A stretch of DNA of 64,000 nt, from the NCBI GenBank assembly GCA_017433905.1, contig JAFRGI010000026.1, positions 52,790 to 116,789 on the forward strand. Reading direction: 5' to 3'. The first letter of the stretch is position 1. The number at the start of each line of letters is the position of its first letter. The stretch is from Ruminococcus sp. Lineage in GTDB: Bacteria; Bacillota; Clostridia; Oscillospirales; Acutalibacteraceae. This document shows positions 40,096-49,215 of this stretch, piece after piece. Position numbers and translations under genes: made by a program. The notes below the pieces were generated by a model that was not told the DNA's origin, did not search any database, and saw only the letters and a program-made list of their open reading frames with translations.

Positions 40096-41130
40096 TTATA
40101 TACTGTTCTCGAGAAGTGCCATTAAATTTTCAGCCGTGAAACGCTTGTCTGTATCAAATGCGGCATTCAGTGCTTCCGTATTGTCATAGGAATGCTCCAC
40201 CTCTTTGGAGTACCGCTGCAAAATGCGCATGCGCGGATACGGATAATCCTTTGCCGCAAATAATGCATCCATCTTTCCCGTCACGATGTAGGCACAGACA
40301 ATGCGCTGAATCGAATAGAGCACGTCGCCCGAATGAATGGCCTCCAGATAGTAACGATATACATAATACAACGCAAATTTCTCAAAATCGCAGGCAAAAT
40401 CCGCGCGGACGTTCAGCAGTTCCGCGTGCCGGACGGTTTCTTCCAGAGCAGATTTCCAAGCGTCGCTCATGATTTCGAATCGCAAATGCATATCGAAAAT
40501 AAAGCTGTCCCCGCTGCTTTCTGTGTTATCCAGACAAAGCGGAGAAGGCTCCTCGCCGCGCAGCAAACTCTGCACTTGTGCATTGAATTCCAGACAATCT
40601 GCAAGACGAATTGCAAACGGTTCACGATCGTCGAGCAGCAAGTCCAGCGTACGCTCGCGCGCCTTCAGCAGAAAACTCATGAAATCATCACTGTTTTCGC
40701 AGGTATGCAGCTCCTGCTCTCCGCCGAAATCCGCATATGCCTCTCGTGAATGGCGCAGCATAAAACGCGCCGCTTCTGGACAGGCAAAAGAGAGAATATG
40801 CTCGCAGAAATCATCATAATTGACAGCGACGCGCGGAAAATCAGCACAGGTTTTGCTGAGATGTTCTTCTCCGACACCGATAAAAATATCGCAGAGCATG
40901 TCTTTGTTCCAAAACGGGCATCTGCCCTCCGTGGCAGGAAACACGCGTTCTCCGTATTCGTCTGTCACGGCAAACGCACGCATTTTGTCACCCAGAGGTC
41001 CCTGTACGGTGCGGTAAAACGCTTCGGTTTCACTGTCAAGGTCGATGTCCCAGTCCTTGCAGCAGCTATCCTCGCAGCGGTTGGCAATGCACCTGAATTC
41101 ATGATAAAAGCTCGGATAAATGTCCGGCAT
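40096..41130 (-). CDS. FliB (flagellin lysine-N-methylase) family Fe-S protein
   Basis: FRCIANRCEDSCCKDWDIDLD, CPF...LCDI, TCADFPR, LSFACPEAA. Confidence 0.8.
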   Translation of the reverse strand: MPDIYPSFYHEFRCIANRCEDSCCKDWDIDLDSETEAFYRTVQGPLGDKMRAFAVTDEYGERVFPATEGRCPFWNKDMLCDIFIGVGEEHLSKTCADFPRVAVNYDDFCEHILSFACPEAARFMLRHSREAYADFGGEQELHTCENSDDFMSFLLKARERTLDLLLDDREPFAIRLADCLEFNAQVQSLLRGEEPSPLCLDNTESSGDSFIFDMHLRFEIMSDAWKSALEETVRHAELLNVRADFACDFEKFALYYVYRYYLEAIHSGDVLYSIQRIVCAYIVTGKMDALFAAKDYPYPRMRILQRYSKEVEHSYDNTEALNAAFDTDKRFTAENLMALLENSI

Positions 41131-41368
41131 GACGTCACTTCCTTATACGCCGGGTAGACTAAACAACCCCCGGATCTTTCGGGCTTTGGCATATTTTCCT
41201 TCCCCGCAGTCATCATAATATCACATTTTTTATCGTTTGGCAATACGCTTTGCTTTTTCGAAAAGCGCCTGAAAATGCACGAGAAAGCATTTGACGCCGC
41301 CTTGACAAACCCACTGTAAAATGCGATAATATATGACATGTATAAACATAAACTGAAGGAGAGATTTT

Positions 41369-44062
41369 ATGGCTAAAGAGATGGCAAAATCCTATAAGCC
41401 CTCTGAATTTGAGGACAGAATCTACGATTTTTGGCTGAAAGGAAATTATTTTCACGCAACACCCGATCCCGATAAACAACCGTATACCATCGTCATGCCG
41501 CCGCCCAACATCACGGGTCAGCTGCATATCGGTCATGCGCTCGACGAAACCCTGCAGGATATCCTGATCCGTTACAAACGTATGTCGGGCTATTCCGCTC
41601 TCTGGCTGCCCGGCACCGATCACGCCTCCATTGCCACGGAGGCAAAAATCGTTGAGACAATGCGCGCGGAGGGCATTTCCAAGGATGAACTCGGACGCGA
41701 AAAGTTCCTGGAGCGCGCATGGGAATGGAAGCGCGAGTACGGTGGCAGAATTACCAGACAGCTCCGCAAATTAGGCGTCAGCTGCGACTGGGAACGCGAG
41801 CGGTTCACTTTGGATGAGGGCTGTTCCGAGGCTGTACGCGAAGTCTTTGTTAAGCTCTATGAGGACGGAAAGATTTACCGCGGCAACCGCATGGTTAACT
41901 GGTGTCCGCACTGCAAAACCTCTATCTCCGACGCAGAGGTGGAATATGAAGAGCAGCAAGGTCATTTTTGGCATATTCTCTACCCTGTCAAGGAAACGGG
42001 CGAAATGCTGGAAATTGCCACTACCCGTCCCGAAACCATGCTCGGCGATACGGCTGTTGCTATCAATAAGGACGACGAGCGCTACAAACACCTTCATGGC
42101 TGTCATGTTGTGTTACCGCTGATTAACAAGGAAATCCCGATCGTCTGCGACGAGCATGCCGATATGGAAAAAGGTACGGGCGTCGTCAAGATCACCCCTG
42201 CCCACGATCCCAACGACTACGAGGTCGGTCAGCGGTGCAGTCTGCCGATTGTCCGCGTCTTTACCTACGACGGTCATATGACGGGCGCGAAGGATGTGAA
42301 GGCATACGAAGAGTTAAAAGCATCCGGTCGTCTTGCCGAAAAGGAACCCGAGGTACTCGACTGCGGCAAATACGCAGGTATGTCTACCGCAGAAGCAAGA
42401 GAGGCAATCGTTGCCGATTTGACAGCGCTCGGCCTGCTGCGTCAGGTAAAACCACTCACACACGATGTCGGCACCTGTTACCGCTGCCACACCACCATCG
42501 AACCGATGGTGTCCAAACAGTGGTTTGTTCGCATGGAACCGCTTGCCAAACCTGCCATTCAGGCAGTGCGCAACGGCGAAACAAAATTTATTCCCGAACG
42601 CTTTGAAAAGATATATTTCCATTGGATGGAGAATATTAAAGACTGGTGTATTTCGCGCCAGCTCTGGTGGGGACACCGTATTCCTGCCTATTACTGCGAG
42701 GAGTGCGGCGGTGTAACGGTAGCAAAGGAAGCACCGTCGGCTTGCTCCCGTTGCGGCTGCACACATCTGACGCAGGATGAGGATACGCTGGATACGTGGT
42801 TCAGTGCCGCGCTCTGGCCGTTCTCCACGCTTGGATGGCCGAAAAAAACTGCCGATCTGGACTATTTTTACCCCACCAATACGTTAGTTACGGGCTACGA
42901 TATCATTTTCTTCTGGGTGGCGCGCATGATTTTTTCCGCTATTGAGCACATGGGTCAAGCGCCATTCGATACGGTATTTATTCATGGTATCGTCCGTGAC
43001 GAACAGGGCAGAAAAATGAGCAAATCCCTGGGCAACGGCGTGGATCCGCTGGAGGTCATTGAAAAATACGGCGCTGACGCCCTGCGCTTCCTTCTTGTCA
43101 CGGGTAACTCTCCGGGAAATGATATCCGTTATTCCGAAAAACGCATCGAGGCATGCTCAGGCTTCGCCAATAAGCTCTGGAATGCTTCGCGTTATGTGCA
43201 TATGAACATCGACGACTACGACGTCAAAAATGAATTCCCCGAGGTTCTCGCCACCGAGGACAAGTGGATCCTTTCCACTCTCAATTCCGTGGCAAAAGAG
43301 GTCAACGAAAACCTGGGTAAATTTGAGTTGGGTATCGCCGTACAGAAGGTCTACGAATTCATCTGGGACTGCTACTGTGACTGGTACATTGAGTTGAGCA
43401 AAGCGCGCCTGCAAAGCGAAGGCGAATCCGCGCAGAACGCGCGTCAGGTGTTGCTGTATGTGCTTGACCAAATTTTGCGGCTGCTTCATCCGTTTATGCC
43501 CTATATCACAGAGGAAATCTGGCAGACAATCCCCCATGAGGGTGAAACCGTTATGCTGTGCGCTTATCCGACGTATCGACCCGAGTTGGATTTCCCCGAG
43601 GCAGCACAGGAAATGCAGCGCATCATGGACGCAATCCGCGCTATCCGTAACCGCAGAAACGAGATGAATGTACCACCCTCACGCAAGGCAAAAATTTATG
43701 TCGCCACCAAATTCCCCAAGACTTTTGAGGATGGTCAGGCGTTCTTCATCAAACTTGCTTCGGCGAGCGACGTAGAAGTTGGTGAAAGTTTTACGCTGGA
43801 GGGTACGGTGACGATCGTTACGCCGGACGCAAAGGTGTATATCCCTATGGACGAATTGGTCGACAAGGAAGCCGAGCTCAAACGCCTCGGCAAGGAATTG
43901 GAGCAGCTCCAAAAACGCCTTGCGCAGTCTGAAGGAAAGCTGAACAATCAGGGCTTTGTTTCCAAGGCGCCCGCCAGCGTTGTTGAAGGCGTAAAAAAAC
44001 AGGCTGAAAAGGAAAAAGAGCAAATTGCTTTGATGGAAGCAGCAATTGCAGCACTGAAATAA
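41369..44062 (+). CDS. valS: Valine--tRNA ligase
   Basis: PPPNITGQLHIGH, WCISRQLWWGH, KMSKS, C-terminal coiled coil. Confidence 0.98.
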   Translation: MAKEMAKSYKPSEFEDRIYDFWLKGNYFHATPDPDKQPYTIVMPPPNITGQLHIGHALDETLQDILIRYKRMSGYSALWLPGTDHASIATEAKIVETMRAEGISKDELGREKFLERAWEWKREYGGRITRQLRKLGVSCDWERERFTLDEGCSEAVREVFVKLYEDGKIYRGNRMVNWCPHCKTSISDAEVEYEEQQGHFWHILYPVKETGEMLEIATTRPETMLGDTAVAINKDDERYKHLHGCHVVLPLINKEIPIVCDEHADMEKGTGVVKITPAHDPNDYEVGQRCSLPIVRVFTYDGHMTGAKDVKAYEELKASGRLAEKEPEVLDCGKYAGMSTAEAREAIVADLTALGLLRQVKPLTHDVGTCYRCHTTIEPMVSKQWFVRMEPLAKPAIQAVRNGETKFIPERFEKIYFHWMENIKDWCISRQLWWGHRIPAYYCEECGGVTVAKEAPSACSRCGCTHLTQDEDTLDTWFSAALWPFSTLGWPKKTADLDYFYPTNTLVTGYDIIFFWVARMIFSAIEHMGQAPFDTVFIHGIVRDEQGRKMSKSLGNGVDPLEVIEKYGADALRFLLVTGNSPGNDIRYSEKRIEACSGFANKLWNASRYVHMNIDDYDVKNEFPEVLATEDKWILSTLNSVAKEVNENLGKFELGIAVQKVYEFIWDCYCDWYIELSKARLQSEGESAQNARQVLLYVLDQILRLLHPFMPYITEEIWQTIPHEGETVMLCAYPTYRPELDFPEAAQEMQRIMDAIRAIRNRRNEMNVPPSRKAKIYVATKFPKTFEDGQAFFIKLASASDVEVGESFTLEGTVTIVTPDAKVYIPMDELVDKEAELKRLGKELEQLQKRLAQSEGKLNNQGFVSKAPASVVEGVKKQAEKEKEQIALMEAAIAALK

Positions 44063-44312
44063 AACAAAACGGAGGGAGCGTGTCAAAACACGCCCCTCAA
44101 CTTTTTCTATGGAAAAATACTTGCTCACCTGTCAAAAAACATATCACGATGAGAATGTTTGTCGCCTTAACGACCATGTTCGTATAACACAGAAGAAAAC
44201 CGTGCTTACGTCATCTGAAACAATTGACAAACGCCGCTGAAAAGGGTAAAATATACCATTAAGGCACCAACGCACATGCCGAAGAATAAAACCTTTTTCA
44301 AAGGAGCATAAC

Positions 44313-45035
44313 ATGCCTGTATATAAAATCGCAGAACTCCCCATCCGTATTATACCCGTTACACCGCAAACCGAACAACGGCTTCGCCCCTATTGGACGG
44401 ACAGCGAAACATTTGAATTTGACGCCTCCACTAATCCCGCGGAGATCGAAGCATTTATCGCTAAATCTGAAAAAAAATGTCTGCCTTATCTCGCAGAAGA
44501 CGCGCTTGTGCTGACCAAAATCAGCAAAGCCATCCTAAATGGCTATAACGGTTGCTTTTTTCATTCTTCGAGTCTGGCGCTCGACGGCGAGGGTTACCTC
44601 TTTACCGCTCTCAGCGGCACAGGAAAATCGACCCACACCAAAAATTGGTGCACGCTGTTCGACAACCGCATCACCATGATCAACGACGATAAACCGCTCA
44701 TTCGCAAAATGCATGACGGCTATTATGTCTGCTCCACTCCCTGGATGGGCAAATCAGACATCGGATGCAATATGAGCGCCCCGATCAAGGCAATATATGT
44801 TTTGAAGCGCGGCGAAAAAAACATCGCCGTTCCTACCACGCCTGCCAAACAAATTCGTCAGCTGATGGAAGCCACGCTGCTGCCGGAAAACAAAGAAAAT
44901 ATGGTCAAACTGCTCTCACTGTTCAACGACCTGTTTCTGCACGTCAAGTTGATCGAGCTATACTGCACTCCCGACATTGACAGCGCACGCGTGGCATACG
45001 AAGCGGCACAAAAACCGCAAACAAATACTGACTAA
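44313..45035 (+). CDS. HPr-kinase-like P-loop protein
   Basis: FFHSS, ALSGTGKSTH, INDDKPLIR, STPWMG. Confidence 0.7.
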   Translation: MPVYKIAELPIRIIPVTPQTEQRLRPYWTDSETFEFDASTNPAEIEAFIAKSEKKCLPYLAEDALVLTKISKAILNGYNGCFFHSSSLALDGEGYLFTALSGTGKSTHTKNWCTLFDNRITMINDDKPLIRKMHDGYYVCSTPWMGKSDIGCNMSAPIKAIYVLKRGEKNIAVPTTPAKQIRQLMEATLLPENKENMVKLLSLFNDLFLHVKLIELYCTPDIDSARVAYEAAQKPQTNTD

Positions 45036-45050
45036 AAAGGAGAATTCTTT

Positions 45051-45899
45051 ATGCTGCCTCCCGTAGTATCCGTTGACAATATGCGACGCAGCGACGCGGA
45101 AACCATTGCCAAACGAGTTTCCTCCGCCGAGCTCATGCGCCGCGCTGCACAGGGTATTTATGACTCCGTAACATTTACCGGAAAAGTCGCAATTATCTGC
45201 GGCTCCGGCAACAACGGCGGCGACGGCTATGCCCTCGCGTGTATCCTGTTGCAAAACGGCATTACTCCGACCGTCTTTCGCCTAAGCGACAAATTTTCCC
45301 CCGACGGGCTGTACTTCTACCGCAGCGCCCTCGAAATGGGATGCGAAGAAGGCAGCATTTGCCTTCCCGCTCCGTTTGAAGGCTACGATATCGTTGTCGA
45401 CTGCATTCTCGGCACCGGCTTTCGCGGCACACTCAGAGAGGATATTCGCCGCGCGATCGAAGCCATCAACGCCTGCACTGCTTTCGTGGTTTCCGCCGAC
45501 ATCAACAGCGGCGTCAACGGCGACACAGGCGTTGCGGACATCGCGGTTAACTCCGACCTGACCGTTTCTATCGGCGCTTACAAAACAGGTATGTTTCTTG
45601 CAGACGCGCCCTTCTATATGGATAAGCTGGTCAACGTCGATATCGGAATTGATCTGATTGACGAACCGTACCGTCTGATCGACTTTGATCAGGTATCCCT
45701 TTTTGAGGGATATAATTCTACCGTGATAACAACGGAGGAATTTCTAGCCCAAACCGGAACTACCCCCGACACCTGCGACGCAGGCGGCATGATTGCCGAG
45801 ATGACCCGGACACAACGCAAAACCGTTGTGGTCAAATCCGAACATACAGCCGTCATCGGCGACCTCAACTACGTTTATTTTGCGGCAGACTATATTTAA
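45051..45899 (+). CDS. nnrE: NAD(P)H-hydrate epimerase (YjeF N-terminal domain)
   Basis: LMRRAA, CGSGNNGGDG, VDCILGTG, ADINSG. Confidence 0.88.
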   Translation: MLPPVVSVDNMRRSDAETIAKRVSSAELMRRAAQGIYDSVTFTGKVAIICGSGNNGGDGYALACILLQNGITPTVFRLSDKFSPDGLYFYRSALEMGCEEGSICLPAPFEGYDIVVDCILGTGFRGTLREDIRRAIEAINACTAFVVSADINSGVNGDTGVADIAVNSDLTVSIGAYKTGMFLADAPFYMDKLVNVDIGIDLIDEPYRLIDFDQVSLFEGYNSTVITTEEFLAQTGTTPDTCDAGGMIAEMTRTQRKTVVVKSEHTAVIGDLNYVYFAADYI

Positions 45900-45920
45900 G
45901 GCAATATTAAAGGAGACACT

Positions 45921-46337
45921 ATGCGTAACTTTTTGGAAAAAATGACGATCTTCATGCAGGGACGCTACGGTATGGATACCCTCAACGGCTTCTTACTGAT
46001 ACTGTCGATGATTATTTGGACGTTCAACATCTTTGTATTTAACCGCCTTGCGCATTACATCATCATGGTCGTGCAGATGCTGCTGATTGGCTGGGTCGTT
46101 TTCCGCGCGCTTTCGCGCAACATCACGATGCGTTCCGCAGAAAACCGCGCCTTTCGCAAAGCATATGATCCCGCGAAAAAATGGGTACAATTGACCTACC
46201 AGCGTATCCGCGAACGCAAAAACTATCGTTACCTCAAATGCCCCGTCTGCAAAGCGCAGCTGCGCGTACGCAATGTCAAGGGCAAACATAATGTGCGCTG
46301 CCCCCGGTGCAAAAGCGAATTTGAAAAAAAGATTTAA
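45921..46337 (+). CDS. Membrane protein with a C-terminal zinc ribbon
   Basis: FMQGRYGMD, two TM helices, CPVC...CPRC. Confidence 0.8.
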   Translation: MRNFLEKMTIFMQGRYGMDTLNGFLLILSMIIWTFNIFVFNRLAHYIIMVVQMLLIGWVVFRALSRNITMRSAENRAFRKAYDPAKKWVQLTYQRIRERKNYRYLKCPVCKAQLRVRNVKGKHNVRCPRCKSEFEKKI

Positions 46338-46476
46338 TCAGCAGCTTCTCTCTCCTGCTGATTCAGCCGCTTTGCGCCTGCGCTCTCTTGCCCACTTTAG
46401 CTCTTGACTTTTGCCGTTTATGTGATATACTGGAATTACAAAAGAGAAGGCAATGCCTTTGGAAAGGAAGGAACTT

Positions 46477-46770
46477 ATGGCTGAGGAAAAGATGATGGAA
46501 GAAATGGAAAACGAAATTCCGCTGGTTACTCTTGAGGACGAGGAAGGCAACGAGGTGGAATTTGAGTTTCTCGACATCGTAGAATATGAAGGTGAGGAAT
46601 TCATCGTCCTGATTGAAAACGACGAGGACACCGATGAGGTGGTCATCCTGAAAATTAATCCAATTGACGATGAAACCGAAGAATATGTCAGTATTGAGGA
46701 TGAGGAGCTTTTGGATAAGCTGTTTGATATCTTCAAGAAAAAATATGACGGAGATATCAACTTTGAGTGA
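46477..46770 (+). CDS. DUF1292 domain acidic protein
   Basis: VTLEDEEGNEVEFEFLDIVEYEGEEFIVL. Confidence 0.88.
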   Translation: MAEEKMMEEMENEIPLVTLEDEEGNEVEFEFLDIVEYEGEEFIVLIENDEDTDEVVILKINPIDDETEEYVSIEDEELLDKLFDIFKKKYDGDINFE

Positions 46771-46917
46771 TTCGGCAGCGGTGCAAATGCGCCGCTGTTT
46801 TCTTTGTACCCTACACAAACCCGCTGCGCGCTCCACAGCCCTTGCCACACCAAATAAATCCTGACAGATTTACCATTTAGTCACCGGACTTAAATACAAA
46901 ATTAGCTAAACTAATTC

Positions 46918-46946
46918 TTGCATTCAACCGATAAATACGGTATAAT
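46918..46946 (+). promoter_or_regulatory. Sigma-A promoter of the nuoE/nuoF/gltD-like operon
   Basis: TTGCAT-17-TATAAT. Confidence 0.7.
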
Positions 46947-46982
46947 ATGAGTAATTATGAAATTGGGAATGGAGGCTTGTAG

Positions 46983-47465
46983 ATGGATCATAAAACAGTG
47001 GATTTATCCCTGCTGGACGGAGTTCTTGCGGAATACGCGTCCGTCAAGGGAAGCTTGATTACCATTTTACAACACACACAGGATATTTACGGCTATTTGC
47101 CGCGCGAGGCGATTGAGCTGATTTCCGAGAAAACCGGAATCGCCACCTCCGAGATCATGGGCGTCGGAACCTTTTACACACAGTTCCGCTTTGAGCCTGT
47201 CGGTAAATATCTGATTATGCTTTGTCAGGGAACAGCCTGTCACGTTAATTCCTCCGAGCTGATTTTGCAGACCATCAAGGATGAACTGCATATCGAGGAC
47301 GGTCAAACCACCGAGGACGGTCTGTTTTCGCTCAAATGCGTGGCGTGTCTCGGTTGCTGTTCACTGTCCCCCGTTATGATGATTAACGAGGACACCTACG
47401 GCAGCCTGACGCCTGAAAAGACCAAAAAAATTTTGAAAGAATTAAGGGAGGCGGCGCAGCAGTGA
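46983..47465 (+). CDS. NuoE/HydC-like [2Fe-2S] subunit (StnA-like)
   Basis: CQGTACH and CLGCC motifs. Confidence 0.9.
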   Translation: MDHKTVDLSLLDGVLAEYASVKGSLITILQHTQDIYGYLPREAIELISEKTGIATSEIMGVGTFYTQFRFEPVGKYLIMLCQGTACHVNSSELILQTIKDELHIEDGQTTEDGLFSLKCVACLGCCSLSPVMMINEDTYGSLTPEKTKKILKELREAAQQ

Positions 47466-49207
47466 GAATCGTGATCGGTCAAGGCTCCTGCGGTATTGCC
47501 GCGGGCGCCGAAAAAGTCAGAAAGGCGCTCTTAGCCGCCCATGTAAATCCCGCCGATGTATCCATTACGGGTTGTATCGGCATGTGCTGGCTCGAGCCGA
47601 TTGTCGACGTATATGACGACAACAACCAGCTTACCAGACTCGTCAGAGTCAATGAGAACGACGCTGCCGCGATTGCTTCTTTCATGGAGACCGGCGACAG
47701 CAGCGCAGTGGAAAGCCTGAAGGTCAGCGAGGAGGACAGCGAATTTCTCTCCAAACAAACCCGTATTGCACTGCGCAACTGCGGTATCATTAATCCGGAG
47801 CAAATCGATGCCTACACCGCAGCAGGCGGCTACTCGGCTCTCAAAAAAGCGCTCTGCGACCTGACTCCCGAGGAAGTTATAGAAATCATTAAAACCTCCG
47901 GTCTGGCAGGCAGAGGCGGCGCGGGCTTCCCGACATGGTTCAAGTGGAATGCTGCGCGTCAAAGTGCGGGCGAGGAAAAATACCTCATCTGTAACGCCGA
48001 CGAGGGAGATCCCGGTGCCTTTATGGACAGAGCAGTTATTGAGTCTGATCCCCACAACCTGATTGAAGGCATGCTGATCGGTGCATACGCCATCGGTGCA
48101 AAACACGCGGTCGTTTATGTCCGTGCAGAGTATCCGCTCGCTATCAAACGTCTGAAAAATGCTATTGCGCAGGCAACAGAAAAGGGCATCATTGGAGAAC
48201 ACATTTTCGGATCCGACTTCTCATGCGATTTTACAATCAAGGCGGGCGCAGGCGCGTTTGTCTGCGGTGAAGAAACGGCTCTGATCGAGAGCCTGGAAGG
48301 CCACAGAGGCATGCCCAGACTCAAGCCTCCCTTCCCTGCTCAGTCAGGCTTTTGGAGAAAGCCGTCCAACATTAACAACGTTGAAACCTTTGCCAACGTC
48401 AGCTGGATTATCAACAACGGCGGCGAGGCATTCGCGGCAATGGGCACCGATGGCTCCAAGGGCACCAAGGTATTCGCTGTCACCGGTAAGGTTAAACGCT
48501 CCGGTCTGGTAGAGATCCCGATGGGTAAAACCCTGCGCGACGTTATCTTTGACATCGGCGGCGGTATGAAAACCGACAAAGCATTCAAGGCTGTCCAGAT
48601 GGGCGGACCCTCGGGCGGATGTATTCCCGCCAACCTGATCGACACCGTTATTGATTATAAGGCTCTCGGCGCTACAGGCGCCATTATGGGCTCCGGCGGT
48701 ATGGTTGTCATGGACGAAAGCACCTGTATGGTCGGTATGGCAAAGTTCTTCCTCGACTTTACCGCCAAGGAAAGCTGCGGCAAGTGCATCCACTGCCGTA
48801 TCGGTACTAAGCGTATGCTCGAAATGCTGGAGCGTATCACCAAGGGCGAGGGCAAAGAAGGCGATATTGAACTGCTTGAAGAGCTGTGCTACTCCATTAA
48901 GGACGGCGCGCTCTGCGGTCTCGGTCAAACAGCCCCCAACCCCGTACTGACCACCATTAAATATTTCAGAGACGAGTACGAAGCCCACATCAAGGATCAA
49001 AAATGTCCTGCAGGTGAGTGCAGCGATCTAATTGAATACAAAATCATCGCCGACAAGTGTAGAGGATGCACGCTCTGCGCGAAAAACTGCCCTGTCGATG
49101 CGATCAGCGGCACGGTCAAAAATCCCCATGTGATTAACACAGAAAAATGCATCAAGTGCGGCAAGTGCTACAGTTCCTGCCGTTTTGACGCCATTGTCAA
49201 GGAATAA
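47462..49207 (+). CDS. NuoF/HydB-like FMN/NADH-binding subunit (StnB-like)
   Basis: GRGGAGFPT, NADEGDPG, GAGAFVCGEETAL, ESCGKCxxC, two C-terminal [4Fe-4S] motifs. Confidence 0.92.
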   Translation: MRIVIGQGSCGIAAGAEKVRKALLAAHVNPADVSITGCIGMCWLEPIVDVYDDNNQLTRLVRVNENDAAAIASFMETGDSSAVESLKVSEEDSEFLSKQTRIALRNCGIINPEQIDAYTAAGGYSALKKALCDLTPEEVIEIIKTSGLAGRGGAGFPTWFKWNAARQSAGEEKYLICNADEGDPGAFMDRAVIESDPHNLIEGMLIGAYAIGAKHAVVYVRAEYPLAIKRLKNAIAQATEKGIIGEHIFGSDFSCDFTIKAGAGAFVCGEETALIESLEGHRGMPRLKPPFPAQSGFWRKPSNINNVETFANVSWIINNGGEAFAAMGTDGSKGTKVFAVTGKVKRSGLVEIPMGKTLRDVIFDIGGGMKTDKAFKAVQMGGPSGGCIPANLIDTVIDYKALGATGAIMGSGGMVVMDESTCMVGMAKFFLDFTAKESCGKCIHCRIGTKRMLEMLERITKGEGKEGDIELLEELCYSIKDGALCGLGQTAPNPVLTTIKYFRDEYEAHIKDQKCPAGECSDLIEYKIIADKCRGCTLCAKNCPVDAISGTVKNPHVINTEKCIKCGKCYSSCRFDAIVKE

Positions 49208-49215
49208 GGAGGGGT

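Noticed and set aside
41280-41368. T-box leaders for valS (also checked for proS and ilvB)
   Set aside because: Promoter-like sequences lie within ~30-50 bp of each start; no room for a leader and no TGGNACC motif.
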